NCBI GenBank assembly: GCA_022013385.1
Contig: JAKLQJ010000119.1
Coordinates: forward strand, 1 to 36,474
Direction: 5' to 3'
Origin: Elusimicrobiota bacterium
GTDB taxonomy: Bacteria; Elusimicrobiota; Elusimicrobia; Elusimicrobiales; UBA9959
Length of the DNA: 36,474 nucleotides
The position numbers and the translations under genes were made by a program. Under the pieces are notes generated by a model. The model saw nothing but the letters and a program-made list of their open reading frames with translations, did no database searches and was not told the origin of the DNA. This document shows positions 35,958 to 36,474 of the stretch, in pieces (position 1 is the first letter of the stretch; every line of letters begins with the position of its first letter).

Positions 35958-35968
35958 AAAAATTCTTT

Positions 35969-35974
35969 ACCTTA
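35969..35974 (-). promoter_or_regulatory. Possible weak Shine-Dalgarno site (TAAGGT)
   Basis: Minus strand reads ...CGTAAGGTAAAGAATTTTT-ATG, placing TAAGGT 11 nt before the start codon. Confidence 0.4.
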
Positions 35975-36019
35975 CGCTGTTCACTGTTTACCGGTTACAA
36001 ACAGGTCACCAGTTTCCAA

Positions 36020-36096
36020 GTCACCAGTCACCAGTAGCCTGCAGCTTGTAGCCTGTAGCCCGTTGCCTGTCACCAGTTACAGGTCACCAGTTATCT
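36020..36096. repeat. Degenerate 7-bp tandem repeat, 11 units in exact phase
   Basis: GTCACCA GTCACCA GTAGCCT GCAGCTT GTAGCCT GTAGCCC GTTGCCT GTCACCA GTTACAG GTCACCA GTTATCT, plus another GTCACCAG at 36005. Confidence 0.85.
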
Positions 36097-36112
36097 AATT
36101 CCATATTCCCAT

Positions 36113-36172
36113 TTACCTTGTTGCCCAATTGCTTAATCACTCAATCACTTAATCACTTTTCTATTGCCTAAT
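36113..36172. repeat. Degenerate 8-bp phased repeat
   Basis: TTACCTTG TTGCCCAA TTGCTTAA TCACTCAA TCACTTAA TCACTTTT, then ATTGCCTAAT at 36163, which is related to the pure array further right. Confidence 0.65.
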
Positions 36173-36202
36173 CTCTTCTCCAAACTCTCAACTGCTTTTG
36201 TG

Positions 36203-36367
36203 CCTAATTGCCTAATTACCTAATTACCTAATTGCCTAATTACCTAATTACCTAATTGCCTAATTACCTAATTACCTAATTACCTAATTACCTAATTGCC
36301 TAATTACCTAATTGCCTAATTACCTAATTGCCTAATTGCCTAATTACCTAATTGCCTAATTGCCTAA
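36203..36367. repeat. 8-bp tandem repeat (CCTAATT[A/G]), 20 full units plus a partial unit
   Basis: Read directly. The variable last base runs G A A G A A G A A A A G A G A G G A G G (11 A, 9 G). Confidence 0.98.
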
Positions 36368-36474
36368 AAGGCCTATCCCCTTTGCTGAAGTAGATTCGTC
36401 CGGCGCGGCTTGGTGGTCTGCTGATGCATGATCAGGTCTTTGTACGGTGCTGGCTCCACTTGAACGGCCTGTTG

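Noticed and set aside
1-35957. RTX/T1SS adhesin, RHS/YD toxin, hemagglutinin, or NRPS/PKS as the identity of the giant ORF
   Set aside because: I saw no GGxGxDxUx nonapeptides, YD repeats, TPS domain or synthase motifs, and there is an N-terminal signal peptide. The C-terminus is outside the window, so the export route remains unknown.
35790-36098. 102-aa + strand ORF
   Set aside because: It is antisense to the giant gene's start, and its C-terminal half (SPVSKSPVTSS...) is just the translated 7-bp repeat.
36203-36367. CRISPR array, iterons or telomere-like repeat
   Set aside because: The 8-bp units have no spacers, there is no cas or rep gene in view, and unique sequence continues on both sides.
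36368-36474. Possible 3' end of an upstream minus-strand gene (frames give ...QQAVQVEPAPYKDLIMHQQTTKPRRTNLLQQRG*, ...NRPFKWSQHRTKT* or ...DESTSAKGIGLLGN*)
   Set aside because: Only ~107 bp are visible, the frame cannot be chosen, and the faint PFKW likeness to IS630-type transposase ends is too weak to call.

Overview
Almost the whole window is one uninterrupted minus-strand gene that the supplied ORF track missed because it has no stop codon inside the window. It starts at ATG 35957 and is still open at position 1, so it has at least 11,985 codons (roughly 1.3 MDa). It encodes a giant secreted or surface protein with this order: Sec-type signal peptide, a single ~200-aa N-terminal domain, 12 IPT/TIG-like Ig domains, about 81 (hand count) Trp/Tyr-rich ~110-155-aa Ig-like repeats, then a third repeat type that runs off the window edge. 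Part of the large array is built from a ~9-domain, ~3.39-kb super-repeat present in 4 mosaic copies. The upstream region holds phased 7-bp and 8-bp repeats, including 20 tandem CCTAATT[A/G] units. All listed small ORFs look like shadows of the giant gene or of the repeats. I recognised no catalytic domain, RNA gene, CRISPR array or mobile element.
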